A stretch of DNA of 64,000 nucleotides from Vitrella brassicaformis CCMP3155 (taxonomy: Eukaryota > Protista > Chromerida): assembly GCA_001179505.1 (NCBI GenBank), contig CDMY01000646.1, forward strand, positions 62,001 through 126,000, given 5' to 3'. Both the position numbers and the translations under genes were made by a program. Below are positions 46,556 through 57,857 of the stretch, piece after piece (the stretch's first letter is position 1; each line of letters starts with the position of its first letter). Under the pieces are notes generated by a model that was given only the letters and a program-made list of their open reading frames with translations, searched no databases and was not told where the DNA came from.

Positions 46556-48628
46556 ATGCGGTACATCAGCACGCGCGGTTCGTCGCCAGCCGTGTCGTTT
46601 GAGCAGGCTTTGTTGAATGGCTATGCCCCGGACGGAGGCCTGTACGTGCCGGAGCACCTGCCGACCGTCACTCAAGATGACCTCAGGCGATGGCAGCCAC
46701 TCTCATTCCCAGATCTTGCTCTGGAGATCTGCAGCCTCTTCATCCCGAGCGGCGTGATCAGCAGGCAGGAGCTACGTCAGCTGCTGGGCAAGAGCTTCGC
46801 TGCATTCGCGTCGCCCGATAAGGTGGTGAACTTGTTGCACCTGCCTGGCAAAGATGACGGCAGGAGGGAGCAGCCGCATGTGTTCATCGCAGAGCTGTTC
46901 CACGGACCCACTCTCGCATTCAAAGATGTACGTGTGCACAGCTTAAGACGATTAATGGCATGCACGACGGCCGAGTGTGTGGGTGTGCAGATTGCCATGC
47001 GGTTTGTGGTGTTTCTGTTGGATTTCTTTCTCAGTCGGCGAGAGGGCGGGTCGTCACCCTCATCGCCACCGAGGCTGCACGTGGTGGTCGCCACAACGGG
47101 CGACACTGGTACGGACGGCATTCCAGATGCATCTCGTGCATCATCACATGGATGTGTGTGTGCGGTTGACAGGACCCGCAGCGGCGAGTGCGATAGAGGA
47201 GTGCCGCCATCTCGACTGTTGGTGCTTCTTCCCATACGGCAGCATTTCCAAACCACAGGAGCGACAAATGACCACCCTCGGTGAGCTGAGTGCGACTAAT
47301 CACTCCGAGGCTGCAGCCATGTGTGTGGCCTTTTGTGTGTGCGTTCGTCAGTGGGCGGCAACGTGCATGCCGTTGGTGTGCGTGATTGTCCGTTGGGCGG
47401 CGATTCGCTCGACGAGGTGGTCATCGAGCTGTTTGAGGACCGGGGGTTCATGCAGAAGGTGCCGCTGACCAGCGTCAATAGCATCAACTGGGGACGGGTC
47501 ATGGTAGGTACGCACACATTTCAAGTACACACACACGCATGACACAGAGTCTGTGCAGGTGCAGATTGTGCACTACTTCTGGTGTTACTTGCGGCTGTGC
47601 GACCACATTGCGGGCTACTCGGGCCTCATCGAGATCGGGCAGGAGGTCGTGTTCAGCGTGCCAACCGGCGGAGTTGGCAACATGTGTGCGGGCTACATTG
47701 CCAGGTGCATGCGGCTGCCGATCCACCGCATCGTCTGCGCCAACAACGCCAATCACGCCGTCACGCGGGCACTGAATGATGGGTGCTTCTCCCGAAAGGC
47801 AATGGTGGCCACCCACTCGTCCGCCATCGACATCGTTGTGCCATACAACTTCTGGCGGTGAGCCTCGACTACGTCGACACGTGTCCGTGATGCATCGTGT
47901 GTCTGTGTGTGTGTGTGTGTGTGTGTGTAGGGTGTTGTATCTGGCCAGTGGGTGCTCCGCGCAGCACATCCAGCAGTGGACGCGCCAGTTCTACGAGAGC
48001 GACCAGGGCGCACAGATCGACAGCGACACGCTCACGAGGCTCAGAGAGGGTGAGTGAGGTGGGCGAGGGCAGCTGACGCATCACGTCTGTGTGTGTTGAT
48101 TGCATCCTGCCTTTGGCCGCCTGTGCGTCTGCAGCTCTAATCGGCTGTGTGGTGTCTGACCAGGACACCCTCCTCACCATCAATGAGTGCTTTGTCAAGT
48201 GAGGGAGGGCCTGAGCTCACACCAAATTGTGCCCACCTCTCTCCCATGTCTCTGTCTGTCTGTCTGTCTGTCTGTCTGTCAGCAACGGCTATGTGCTCGA
48301 CCCACACACAGCAGTGGCGCTGTCAGCCTATCGGTCGCTGCAGCCCTCCCTGCCTCCCTCTCTGCCGTGCGTCGTCCTTGCCACCGCACACCCCGCCAAG
48401 TTCCCATCAGTCGTCCAGCGAGCCCTGCGCATCGACGACTACTCGGCCCTGCCCGCCAAGGCCCACCACCCGGCCATCGAGCGCATCTTCTTGCGGCTGC
48501 CGCGGCTGCGGCTGTGCAGTTTCGATGACTTCCGTGCGTACATACGGGCCGAGATGGAGGCGGTGGATGGGTATCGGGTTCGGGTGCGGCAGTCGAAGGA
48601 CGACAAGGTGCAGGGGGGCGGCTTCTGA
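46556..48628 (+). CDS. thrC: Threonine synthase (large fungal/proteobacterial-type, PLP-dependent), multi-exon
   Basis: MRYISTRG..GYAPDGGLYVP, ELFHGPTLAFKD (PLP Lys codon 46922-46924), ATTGDTG, SVNSINWGRV, FSVPTGGVGN, AIDIVVPYNFWR, YVLDPHTAVA and LATAHPAKFP. Confidence 0.97.
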
Positions 48629-48875
48629 CCGATTGATAGCATTTCTGTGTCGCGGCGTGTGCGTGAGGCGGCTGCCTGCGTGGTGTCTGTCACTTTGTCT
48701 GTGTGATGTGGGGATGTGTGGTGCTTGGAAGCCGGGAGGTTTTGTACGTATGGATTCGGGAGATTCGACCTGCGCGTTAGGGCGGTCGTAAAACGGGTGT
48801 CAATGAAAAATCGGCTCTGGGTGTCGCTGTTTTGCTGACGCCGAAGGACAGTTGAGTTGTTCTGACGCGAGCATC

Positions 48876-49452
48876 ATGAGCATGTACCTTCCCCCTTCCC
48901 GGCATCCCCCTGCATCCACAGGAGTTCGAATGCGTCACCCTCCCCACCACCAGGCCACCCGTCACGGCCACCCCACGGCCAGCAGTGCACACTATGGCCA
49001 TCTGCCAGAGAATGCGGCCACAGCGGCTACGCAGGGGCCCTCCCAGACGTTGCATCAGGTGTGTGGAGAGGGCAATGGGTCGTGGGAGGCCGCCATGAGC
49101 GAGGACCAGCAGTGCCGCCAGCACCACTCATGCTGTCAACACAAGACGCGCTGCCTGTGCGAAGAGGGCGAGGTCCAGATGTCCAGGGAGGCTCTGAGGG
49201 CTTCGGGAAAGTGCGTCCACTCATGGCAGTACCACTTTTACGTAAGTGGGTGTTGGAGATAGAGGGAGCACATGCCATACACGCCATTGGCAGTGGCGGG
49301 TGTATCTGTTTGTTATTGCATGTGCTCTCCTAATACATATCAGGAGTTGGAAGATGCCACCCACTGTTTCCGCCAGGACTACTGCCTGGGCGCTGGCGTG
49401 TACGGCACGGTCTTCAAGGGCAACCTGCGAGGTCGGTGCAGCCAACACACGC

Positions 49453-49485
<33 letters not shown>

Positions 49486-50573
49486 GAGACAGACATGTCC
49501 CTCTCCCCACTCATACATATAGAGTAATGCCGTGTGTGTATGCTCCTGTGGAATGCAGGACACGAGTGCGCGATCCTGCAGATAGAGCGACCGCCGCTGG
49601 CCGTCTTTGAGAAGCACGTGTTGACGCTCTTCAACCTCAGATAGGTATCCATCCATCCATTCATCCATCCATCCACCACGAGATGTGTGTCGCCTTGCTC
49701 GTCTGTCTGTCTGTCAGCTATTCATGCAGACATCCGTGTTTGGTCGCGCCGCTGGCCTGGGCCGTCGGCGGTCGGCATGGCTACCTCATCTACGATCGCG
49801 TGCCTGGCGGAGAGGCCGCCATCACCAACATGTACGCCGTGTCACTCGATGCCGTCAAGGACCGCCTCGCCCCGAACCGCCCCAAGCCTGAGGCCACCAA
49901 TACGGAAGCTGGCGGTGGAACAGGGGAGGCTGAGCTGGTGGTGCTGTGGATAATGCTGCTAGTGCTGTTGCTCCTGTCGTGTGTGGCGGCGCTCTGCTCC
50001 GCTGTGGGCAATCTGGTGGTGGTGTGCTGCTGTGCGGTGGCCCTGTTGGTGCCCTGGGGCAGTCCACCACCCGAGAAGACGGCCGAGAAGCACCAGTCCC
50101 GGCAGCCCCGACCCCCCAGGAGGCGTTACGTCTTGTGCCTCGGCCGCCCCCTTGTTCCTCACCCCTTCATCATCCAGCCACCGCCCCAGCGACAGGAGAG
50201 CCAGGCCTGGCCCAACTGCCCCTGCAAACTCGCCGACAGGGAGGCCCAGGAGGACTTCTTTGTCAAGAACAGGCTCCCCCGTGACATCAAGATTGCACCC
50301 CCCGTGTACGCCCCCCTCCCCACGCCCCCCCCAACACGCGCCTCACTCGGCTTGGCCGTCAAGGAGCTGGATCCCGAGCGCATGCGCAAGTACGAGGCCC
50401 GCAGCAGCCGGCCCTCAGGCGTGGCCGCACGGATGGCAGCCAAGGCGCCACCGCTGCGCCAGATCCAGCCAGAGTGGGTGGCCGAGACGCCGCAGAGGCC
50501 AAGGGGGGCCAGCGGGGGGTTCGGATCAGCCAGGCGGGGAAGGGTGGGGGGGTTCACGCCCAGACGGGCGTGA
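48876..50573 (+). pseudogene. Kinase N-lobe-only fragment joined to a hydrophobic TM segment and a Pro/Arg-rich tail
   Basis: WQYHFY|ELEDATHCFRQDYCLGAGVYGTVFKGNLR|GHECAILQ..LTLFNL|RHPCLVAPLAWAVGGRHGYLIYDRVPGG, then LVVLWIMLLVLLLLSCVAALCSAVGNLVVVCCCAVALLV. No C-lobe motifs are present. Confidence 0.6.
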
Positions 50574-51218
50574 GGGGTTCCCAACCAACACCGATCGATG
50601 GATGCCTAGTGAGTGCGTGAGTGGGTGGCTGTGGTTTGGGGCGTCATCCGCTCGTGTGCCTGCCCGCCTGGATGTATGATGGGGGGAGAATGTCTGTGTG
50701 CCCAATGTCTTGTGTGCACGTCTGGCCGTCTGTGTGCCCAATGTCTGGATGGGATTGTGCCGGCGGATAGGAAGAGAGAGCTGGTGTCTGATTTCGTCAG
50801 ACACATCACAGACGGAGAGACGGATTCCGTATTTTTCGTTTTTCCCTCTTTCCTCTCTTTTGTCTACACGCGTGGGTGTCATTGACGTGCGTTGATGCGT
50901 CGGTGTGGATTCGCACGCCGCCTTGGCCACTTTTTGCTGACCAGCACCGCACGCACCACACCATACCACACACCAGCCAAAGGGGGAGAGGGGGATGAGA
51001 GAGAGAGAGAGAGAGGGAGCGGAAGAGACCAACGCCCATCAGAAGGCAAAAAACAGACAAAAGAGAGAATTAAGGCCCACAAGAAGGCCGCCGACGAGAG
51101 GGAGGGAGGGAGGGAGGGAGGCGGTGTGAGCGCTGACACATAGCGTACATTCGATATTCGGGTAAGCTCAGGAAGTGTTGGTGGAAGTGGTGGTGGGGAG
51201 GGGTCTGGTTTGGCCAAG

Positions 51219-53510
51219 ATGGATGTAGACGAGGGTCAGGTTGGTGTTGGTGTGGGTGTGGGTGTGAATGAGGGAGAGAAGCCCACTCAACTGCGGCGTG
51301 TTGATCTGAATGGAGAGATGAGGGCCGTCATACTCTGGAAGCAGAGGTACCTGACCACCCACACACACATGTGATGCATGGATGCGTTGAGCGATCCCGG
51401 AGTGCATCTCTCTTGCTGTTGCTGTGTCTGTGTGGGTGGGGTAGGTGAGCAGACCAGCGGCGTCTTGACGAGGAGTCGCGAGGTCCTCTGTGCCTGACGA
51501 CCGCGACAAACGCCTCGACGACAATGCGCTCTTCCTCGAGGCCGCCTGCCACATCGACGAGTGCCGACACTCAGACGTCACCTGGCTCACCATCCACTCA
51601 GGTATGTCCTGCACACCGTCTAGCAGACAAGCAGAGAGAGATATACCCATCGGCACCTTCTCTCTCGTGTGCCTTCATTGTTGTATGTGCAGGTCTGGGC
51701 ATCCGCTATTCCCGCCGTCTCCGTGCGTTCAAGGTGTACTTCACCAACCGGTGGGGCCGCACCCACCACTCCAAGCGCATCTACCCCGTCGAGCCCCCCA
51801 CCCGGCGCGAGCTCGACGAGGCCATCGCCAAGGCCGTCATGGAGCGCAACGGACTCGCACAGCTGGTCGAGTCACTCGCCGACGAGCACGAGGTCCTCTC
51901 GCCCGTCCGCAAGGTCACCAAGAGGCCCGTCAGGATGCCCGCGGAGGGGCTGCCCGTCCTGCCCCCACGCAAGGCCAACCAGTGGGACGGTTTCGACGTC
52001 GAGCTGTCCGTGCAAGACACACCGATGCCAGACAGGCAGGTCGGAGGGGCGGCAGACGGGCAGGCCAACATTGGGGCGAGGCCGACCACCAGATGGCGGA
52101 TGCCAGTGGTGACGTTCAGGAGGGTGGGGGTGAGGATGCGGACAAGGGCGAGGGGGCCGCTGACCAGACGGGGGACGGCAGTGGCGATAAGGAGGGGCCG
52201 GAGGGGCAGGGGCAAGCTGATAGTGACAAGAAGGATGGACATCAAGTTGGTTGACGGTGACAAGAAGGATGACGCCGTAGAGGAGACCAGCAGGTAGAGG
52301 AGCAGCAGCAAGAGGAGGCGAGTACCGAAGCCAACTCTCACAAGAAGGTACGTCACCTGGACGCCCCCACACTCTCGATAACACCTGACATCGCTAAACA
52401 TTTCGTCGTCTCTTCAGAGTTGTCTGAGTGGTTCCCCTTTGTGTCGCCCCTCCCGCCCCGCACACGCACCACCGTCGGCGAGAAAGCCAGGGACATCACC
52501 GACCGCATCAACACCGACCTGCGCGGCCCAAAGCTCGGCATCAGGTGGCGCGAGGGCGGCTTCGTCGTGCTCAAGCAGGCCCTGCAGCCCTTCAGGCCCA
52601 TGGAGACGGTCGGCATCGGCCGCAGCCTGGACGGCAATCGGATCGAGGTGGCGGGGGTGAGGGTGGGCGCCATGCTCGACGCACTTCACGAGGCGTGGAA
52701 GGAAAAGCAGGAGGCACTCATCGCACAAGGTGGGTGGGAGAGAGAGGGAAACCCCACCTCAACGATGACGGTCATCTGTTTGTTGATGTGGTGTCATATT
52801 GTGTGTCTGCAGCAGCGAGGGCTCTTGAGGAGTCTGTGCCGATGCAGATAGACCAGCGTGGCTCGCGCAAGAACAAGCCAGCCCCACGCAAGTCGCCACC
52901 CAAGCCCCGCAGGCGCCGCGCGGCCCATAGAGGACTACCGCAGCAGCATCCAGTCCACACCCGGGCCAGACGGATCATCCATCCAAACGAGGCCGACCAA
53001 CAGAAACGCGCTGGCCTTCGTCCATCTCAGCCACCAGCACCCACCACCGGCAACAGTGACCTCCTGGAGGAGCTGAAGTCGTTCGGCCATTGGCCAGCCC
53101 GCAGCGCCTGTGCCCTCTCCGCCGACGAGAAGCACCCCACCCACCACCCACCACTCACCGCCACCACGAGAAGAGGCCCCCGCGCCCCCATATGTAGACA
53201 GACGGGGGAGGATGGCTGTTTTTTGTTTTTGTCCATGGTATGGATTGCTTTTGAGTCAGCAGCCATACCCGTTGCCTTTTCTTCTCCTTTGTCGTATTCT
53301 TTTCGTCCTTCCGTATGGTGCGGACGCTGCTTTGTCGTTTTCTTTTCGTCCCTCGTCCCTCCGTATGGTGCGGACGCTGCTTTGTCGTTTTCTCTTCGTC
53401 CCTCCGTATGGTGCGGACACTCCCTTTTCGTTCGTGTGAGTGGGTGTGGTGCGTCGGTGTCTACTCCCCGTCTGTCTACTTCTTATGTGCGTCGGCGGTG
53501 TTCTCGTTGA
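51219..53510 (+). CDS. Hypothetical nuclear protein with one or two AP2-like (ApiAP2-type) segments and an acidic linker (3' end uncertain)
   Basis: GLGIRYSRRLRAFKVYFTNRWGRTHHSKRIYPVEPPTRRELDEAIAKAV resembles the AP2 three-strand-plus-helix pattern. A second LGIRWREGGFVV segment and a basic NLS-like tract (RKSPPKPRRRR) follow. Frames are inconsistent at 52070-52350. Confidence 0.45.
53300..53418. repeat. Imperfect tandem repeat, three copies of ccgtatggtgcggac with 43-50 bp period
   Basis: The core starts at 53311, 53361 and 53404. The first two copies continue gctgctttgtcgttttc. Confidence 0.9.
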
Positions 53511-54277
53511 CCGAAACAATCGGTTGGTGGTGGTGGTGGTGGTGGTGCTTGTCGGGGGCGGGAGGTCGGTTGGTGGAGGGTGGGTGGATGGATGGATGGT
53601 GTCGGTCAGGGGCCTGGGTGAGTGCGGCTGGGTGCAGTGCGTGAGATGTGTGTGTGCATCCATGTCGACGATTGACTGACTGACTGACTGCGTGTTTATT
53701 GTATTTTTGGTCCACGGTTCATTCGACTTACTCACTCCACTCACCATGTGCTGTATATGGATGTATAGGCTTCCCTCACTGCACCCACAGACTCACTCAC
53801 TGCTCCTCTCCTGCTTTGGGGGTTTTGGATGCGGCCCGCTTCACACCACAGCCGACCTCCAAGACACACATGCGCACCATAAGCACACATGACTAGCTCC
53901 ACATTGTTAGTCCACCCTCATCTACAGGCTTCCTTCTGTCATCCAGCCGTTTTGCTTAGCGGCCCGCGACACGCCCACCCACCCAGGCACCCACATGCCG
54001 ACACGATGCACAGCCTTCTCCTGCTGCGCAGGAGCACTGCTCTTTCCGCCGCTGTTTTTCGTCGCTGGCCGCGTTTTTCCAGCCTCCGGCGGACACCACA
54101 ACTGCGCTTTCGACCCGCGACAGCTCCTTGTGCCGCCGCACACCTCTTTGTCTGATGTGTGGAAAGTGTTGTACGTATGGATCTGTAGATTCGGGCGGGC
54201 GTGACCGAGACCACACAACTTGCACTCGATAACGCTCGCGGTCGGAGACACTCACTCGTGGGCCTGGCAATCATGCA

Positions 54278-55270
54278 TCACACAGACGGGTCGCCGTACA
54301 TGCGGCACTGCGTCGTGGTGGCCTTGACGGCTTCCCAAATGCTCGCCTGAGCGGTGAACAGCGCTGTGTAGACCTGAGACACACACGTGGATGGACACAC
54401 ACACACACATGGATGGGCGTACGTATGAGACACGCGCAAAGGCGCTGACGTACTTACTTTGCCTGGGAAGACGCATGTGTAGGGGAAGTTGATCAAAGCA
54501 CACACCTGCACCCTGACATGCGAAGGCACAGAGAGAGGATGGGTAGATGCATCCCTGTCTCTGTCTCTCTCTGTGTCTCCGGCTCACTTGTACACGAAGA
54601 TGCACGCGCACAGGACGCCCATCAAAGTTGCGAGCACGCTGTTGATCATCGAAAACATGTTGTAACCTAAAACAGACACACAACCTCTGCATCCATCCAT
54701 CAATCTCCTGGTTGGTTGTCGCATTGACCTGTCTGTGCCCCNNNNNNNNNNNNNNNNNNNNNNNNNNNNNNNNNNNNNNNNNNNNNNNNNNNNNNNNNNN
54801 NNNNNNNNNNNNNNNNNNNNNNNNNNNNNNNNNNNNNNNNNNNNNNNNNNNNNNNNNNNNNNNNNNNNNNNNNNNNNNNNNNNNNNNNNNNNNNNNNNNN
54901 NNNNNNNNNNNNNNNNNNNNNNNNNNNNNNNNNNNNNNNNNNNNNNNNNNNNNNNNNNNNNNNNNNNNNNNNNNNNNNNNNNNNNNNNNNNNNNNNNNNN
55001 NNNNNNNNNNNNNNNNNNNNNNNNNNNNNNNNNNNNNNNNNTGGGCGTCAGGAACTTGTCGCGCATGGCCTTGACCTTCCGCCACTCGGTCTTGACCAGC
55101 CGCATCACCGCCTGTGTGAGCCGCTCTTGCCCCTCCGCGCCAGGGATGCTCACCATCCGATGCTGAACGACAGACAGATGGATGGATGGATGCATGGATT
55201 TATGTGTCTCTGTGTCTGTCTGTCTGTCTGTGGCTTGGTGTGTGTATGTGTGTGTGTGTGTGTGTGTGGC
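54278..55270 (-). pseudogene. 5'-truncated inverted copy of the secreted Cys-rich gene at 59270-60545
   Basis: Near-identical exons and introns (HRMVSIPGAEGQERLTQAVMRLVKTEWRKVKAMRDKFLTP; GYNMFSMINSVLATLMGVLCACIFVY; VYTALFTAQASIWEAVKATTTQCRMYG). Similarity stops in a CA repeat near 55270. Confidence 0.85.
54742..55041. other. Assembly gap (300 N)
   Basis: Run of 300 N. The paralog suggests about 226 bp of real sequence (59840-60065). Confidence 1.
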
Positions 55271-55283
55271 TGAGTGTGGTTGA

Positions 55284-55316
<33 letters not shown>

Positions 55317-55337
55317 TGTGTGACACTGTGTGTTCAG

Positions 55338-55496
55338 GCGGGTCAGAGGTTCGTGGGCCCCTGGATGCTGGAGAATCCTCTGGCCAGAAACCTCACCTTC
55401 ACGGCGGCGCTGGCGGTGTTTTCCGTGTTTGCTCACTACGGCGTGGACGAGCCGATGCGGGCATTCCTCAATCTGGGCAAGAGGGGCCACAAGTAG
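55338..55496 (+). CDS. Orphan terminal exon of a membrane protein (acyltransferase-3-like C-terminus?)
   Basis: Acceptor tgttcag followed by AGQRFVGPWMLENPLARNLTFTAALAVFSVFAHYGVDEPMRAFLNLGKRGHK*. No upstream + strand exons could be found. Confidence 0.4.
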   Translation, partial: AGQRFVGPWMLENPLARNLTFTAALAVFSVFAHYGVDEPMRAFLNLGKRGHK

Positions 55497-55867
55497 AGTG
55501 ACTGACTGGTCAACATGACATGCCCGTGTGGAGTGTGTGTGGGGGCTGCTGAATGGTCATCCCTGTTAAGTAGTCACAATGGCATGGCAGTCAATAAGCT
55601 GTACTACAAAGCTGTAATTAGCAATGTGTGTATTGGCCCGCCAGCGCGGGACCGAGCGAGCGAATACACACAGTTGCACCCACACACACACACCCTCACA
55701 CAGAGGAAGGAAGCTTGTCACTTCTTCAGAGACAAGCCTCCTCTCCCTTACCCCTTTCCAGGGCCCCCCACTCCTTATGCAGTCTCCTTTATACTTCCTC
55801 TCTTTTGGCACTCCCCAGCAAAATCAGGACAGGAGAGAGAGAGAGAGAGATCAAGTGTCTCTGCTGT

Positions 55868-57820
55868 CTACTTGGAAGGCAAAAATGCCGTCTGCTCGAG
55901 TGGGTTCTTGGCGACGGGCTCGGCTCGCCGGCGCCAAGAACCCACGAAGGAGAAGAAGACCAGCAAATGGCCGATGTGCACTGATGCAGTGCACGAACAA
56001 AAGGAGATGCACTGGAGGCGTACGTCTTGTGTGGTGTGTGCTCTACAGAACTACGGAATCCTTGATAGATATGGACCCCCCAGCTACGGAATGCCGGCCG
56101 CCTACCAACCTACCAACACACGAACTCTCCCACTCTCTGACTCACATGTAGTTCATATTGCGCGTAGATATGCCCTGCGGCGGCTGCACACACACATACA
56201 CACACACACACACGCACATAGCAGGGCTGAGGGAGACACGCATCGCGCCTCTGCCCATACCGGCTGAGCAATGAACTCCGTGGGGTACTCGTCAGGTATC
56301 GAGGACCTTGGCGGACTACCACCACCACCACTGCTGCTCAGCCGGGCAAACTCCTCCTGACACAGCACAACACACACAACGAATTACAAAACACAACGCT
56401 CGAACGCTCCCTCCGTCCGTTTGTCTCTATTCCACCTGTATGGTCTTGAGCTGGTTCATCATGGCCGCCATCGACACGGGTTCGACCGGACCAGCCCCAC
56501 TTCCACCGACCCCCCCTCCGCCAATCATGGGAGGCATCATCATCATGCTGCTGCTGTTGTTGACCATGCTCTTCGCACTGGGCGTACTCGGTTGCTGTGG
56601 CTGCTGGTGTGGTGACGTTGGCTGGGATATGGGGGTTTTCTGCTGCTGCTGCTGCTGCATGGGCTGCATGGGCTGCATCATCTGTGGGGGCATGCTCATC
56701 AGGGTGCTGGTGTTGTCTAGCTGGGGCAAGGCGCGGCCCTGCAGCTGCGCCAGGACCGTTGCCAGCATCTTGGTGCTCCTGCGGCGCCTACACACACCAC
56801 ACACACACACACACAGACAGACAGACAGAGAGAGAGTATGGTGGAAGTGTGTGTGTGCGCGTACCGATCCCCTCTAATTCCCTTTTCGGGGTCTCCGTCT
56901 TTGCCGTCGTCGCCCTTGATGGGCTCGTTGAGCAGCTTGGGCTTCTCCTCCTCTACGCGATCGAGGAACTCCAAATCACCCTGAACAGATGCACATTGAG
57001 ACGAGTCAGAGTATCGTGCGTGTGCGTGTGCGTGCGCGTGTGCGTGTGTGTGTGTGTGTGCGTGTGCTTTGCCGACTGCTTGTATCCTTGCGAGTATCTG
57101 TCCGATCCTCGAGGCCTCGTCAGCCTTCTCCCATGACTCCATCTCACCCTTGAGCATCGCCTGCTTCCACGCCGTCTTCACCTGACACACACATCACACA
57201 CACACACACACACACACATTGGTGTCTTTTGCACGTCTGCGTGTGTTGGGGGGAGAGGAGGGAGGGGGGGCTTGCCTGGAAGATGTACATTGAGAATCCG
57301 ACTTTGGCGACCAGGTCGCAGACGGTGAAGATGATGTCAAACAAGTCACCGCTCATGACGTCGAAGCCTACACAGAGACACAGAGGGACAGGGAGGGCCC
57401 TCTCTCCCTCTCTCCCTCTCTCTGTGTGTCTGCAACCCTCAGCACCTTCTGGGCCGATGAGCCAGGTGATGGGGAAGGGGATCCAGCTGAGCATGACCAC
57501 GAGCGCCGTCTTGCGCAGATAAGACGTCCCTGCACACATCCATATGGCCGCAGTGCACAGTGAAGAATGCCATCACACACAGACAGAGACAGGGACGGAG
57601 AGACAGAGCAATGAAGCCAATCGCCCTCCCCCTGGGTGTCTGCCGCCTGTGTGCTACACGACCGACCCGACCTTCGAAGAGGTTTTCTTTGAAATTGGTT
57701 GATTCCTGTATCACCAGGTTCATGGTGTAGATGACGATGCCGAAGAAAAACGCCCCGCAACAAAACACAATCATCTTGTAACCCCGCTCAGGAATGATAC
57801 TGAAGAGAAGAAAGAGAAAC

Positions 57821-57857
<37 letters not shown>

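Noticed and set aside
53300-53418. CRISPR-like direct repeats
   Set aside because: Only three copies, near-identical spacers, a eukaryotic context and no cas genes.
54006-54155. Short + ORF MHSLLLLRRSTALSAAVFRRWPRFSSLRR resembling a mitochondrial presequence, possibly the first exon for the orphan exon at 55338
   Set aside because: It ends in a stop after 49 codons, no convincing splice path was found, and it overlaps the antisense end of the duplicated gene.
56300-57200. Bestrophin, cyclase, PDE or histidine-kinase effector domain fused to the rhodopsin
   Set aside because: No RFP/bestrophin, cyclase, HD or H-box motifs were found in the tail exons, which are helical or low-complexity.
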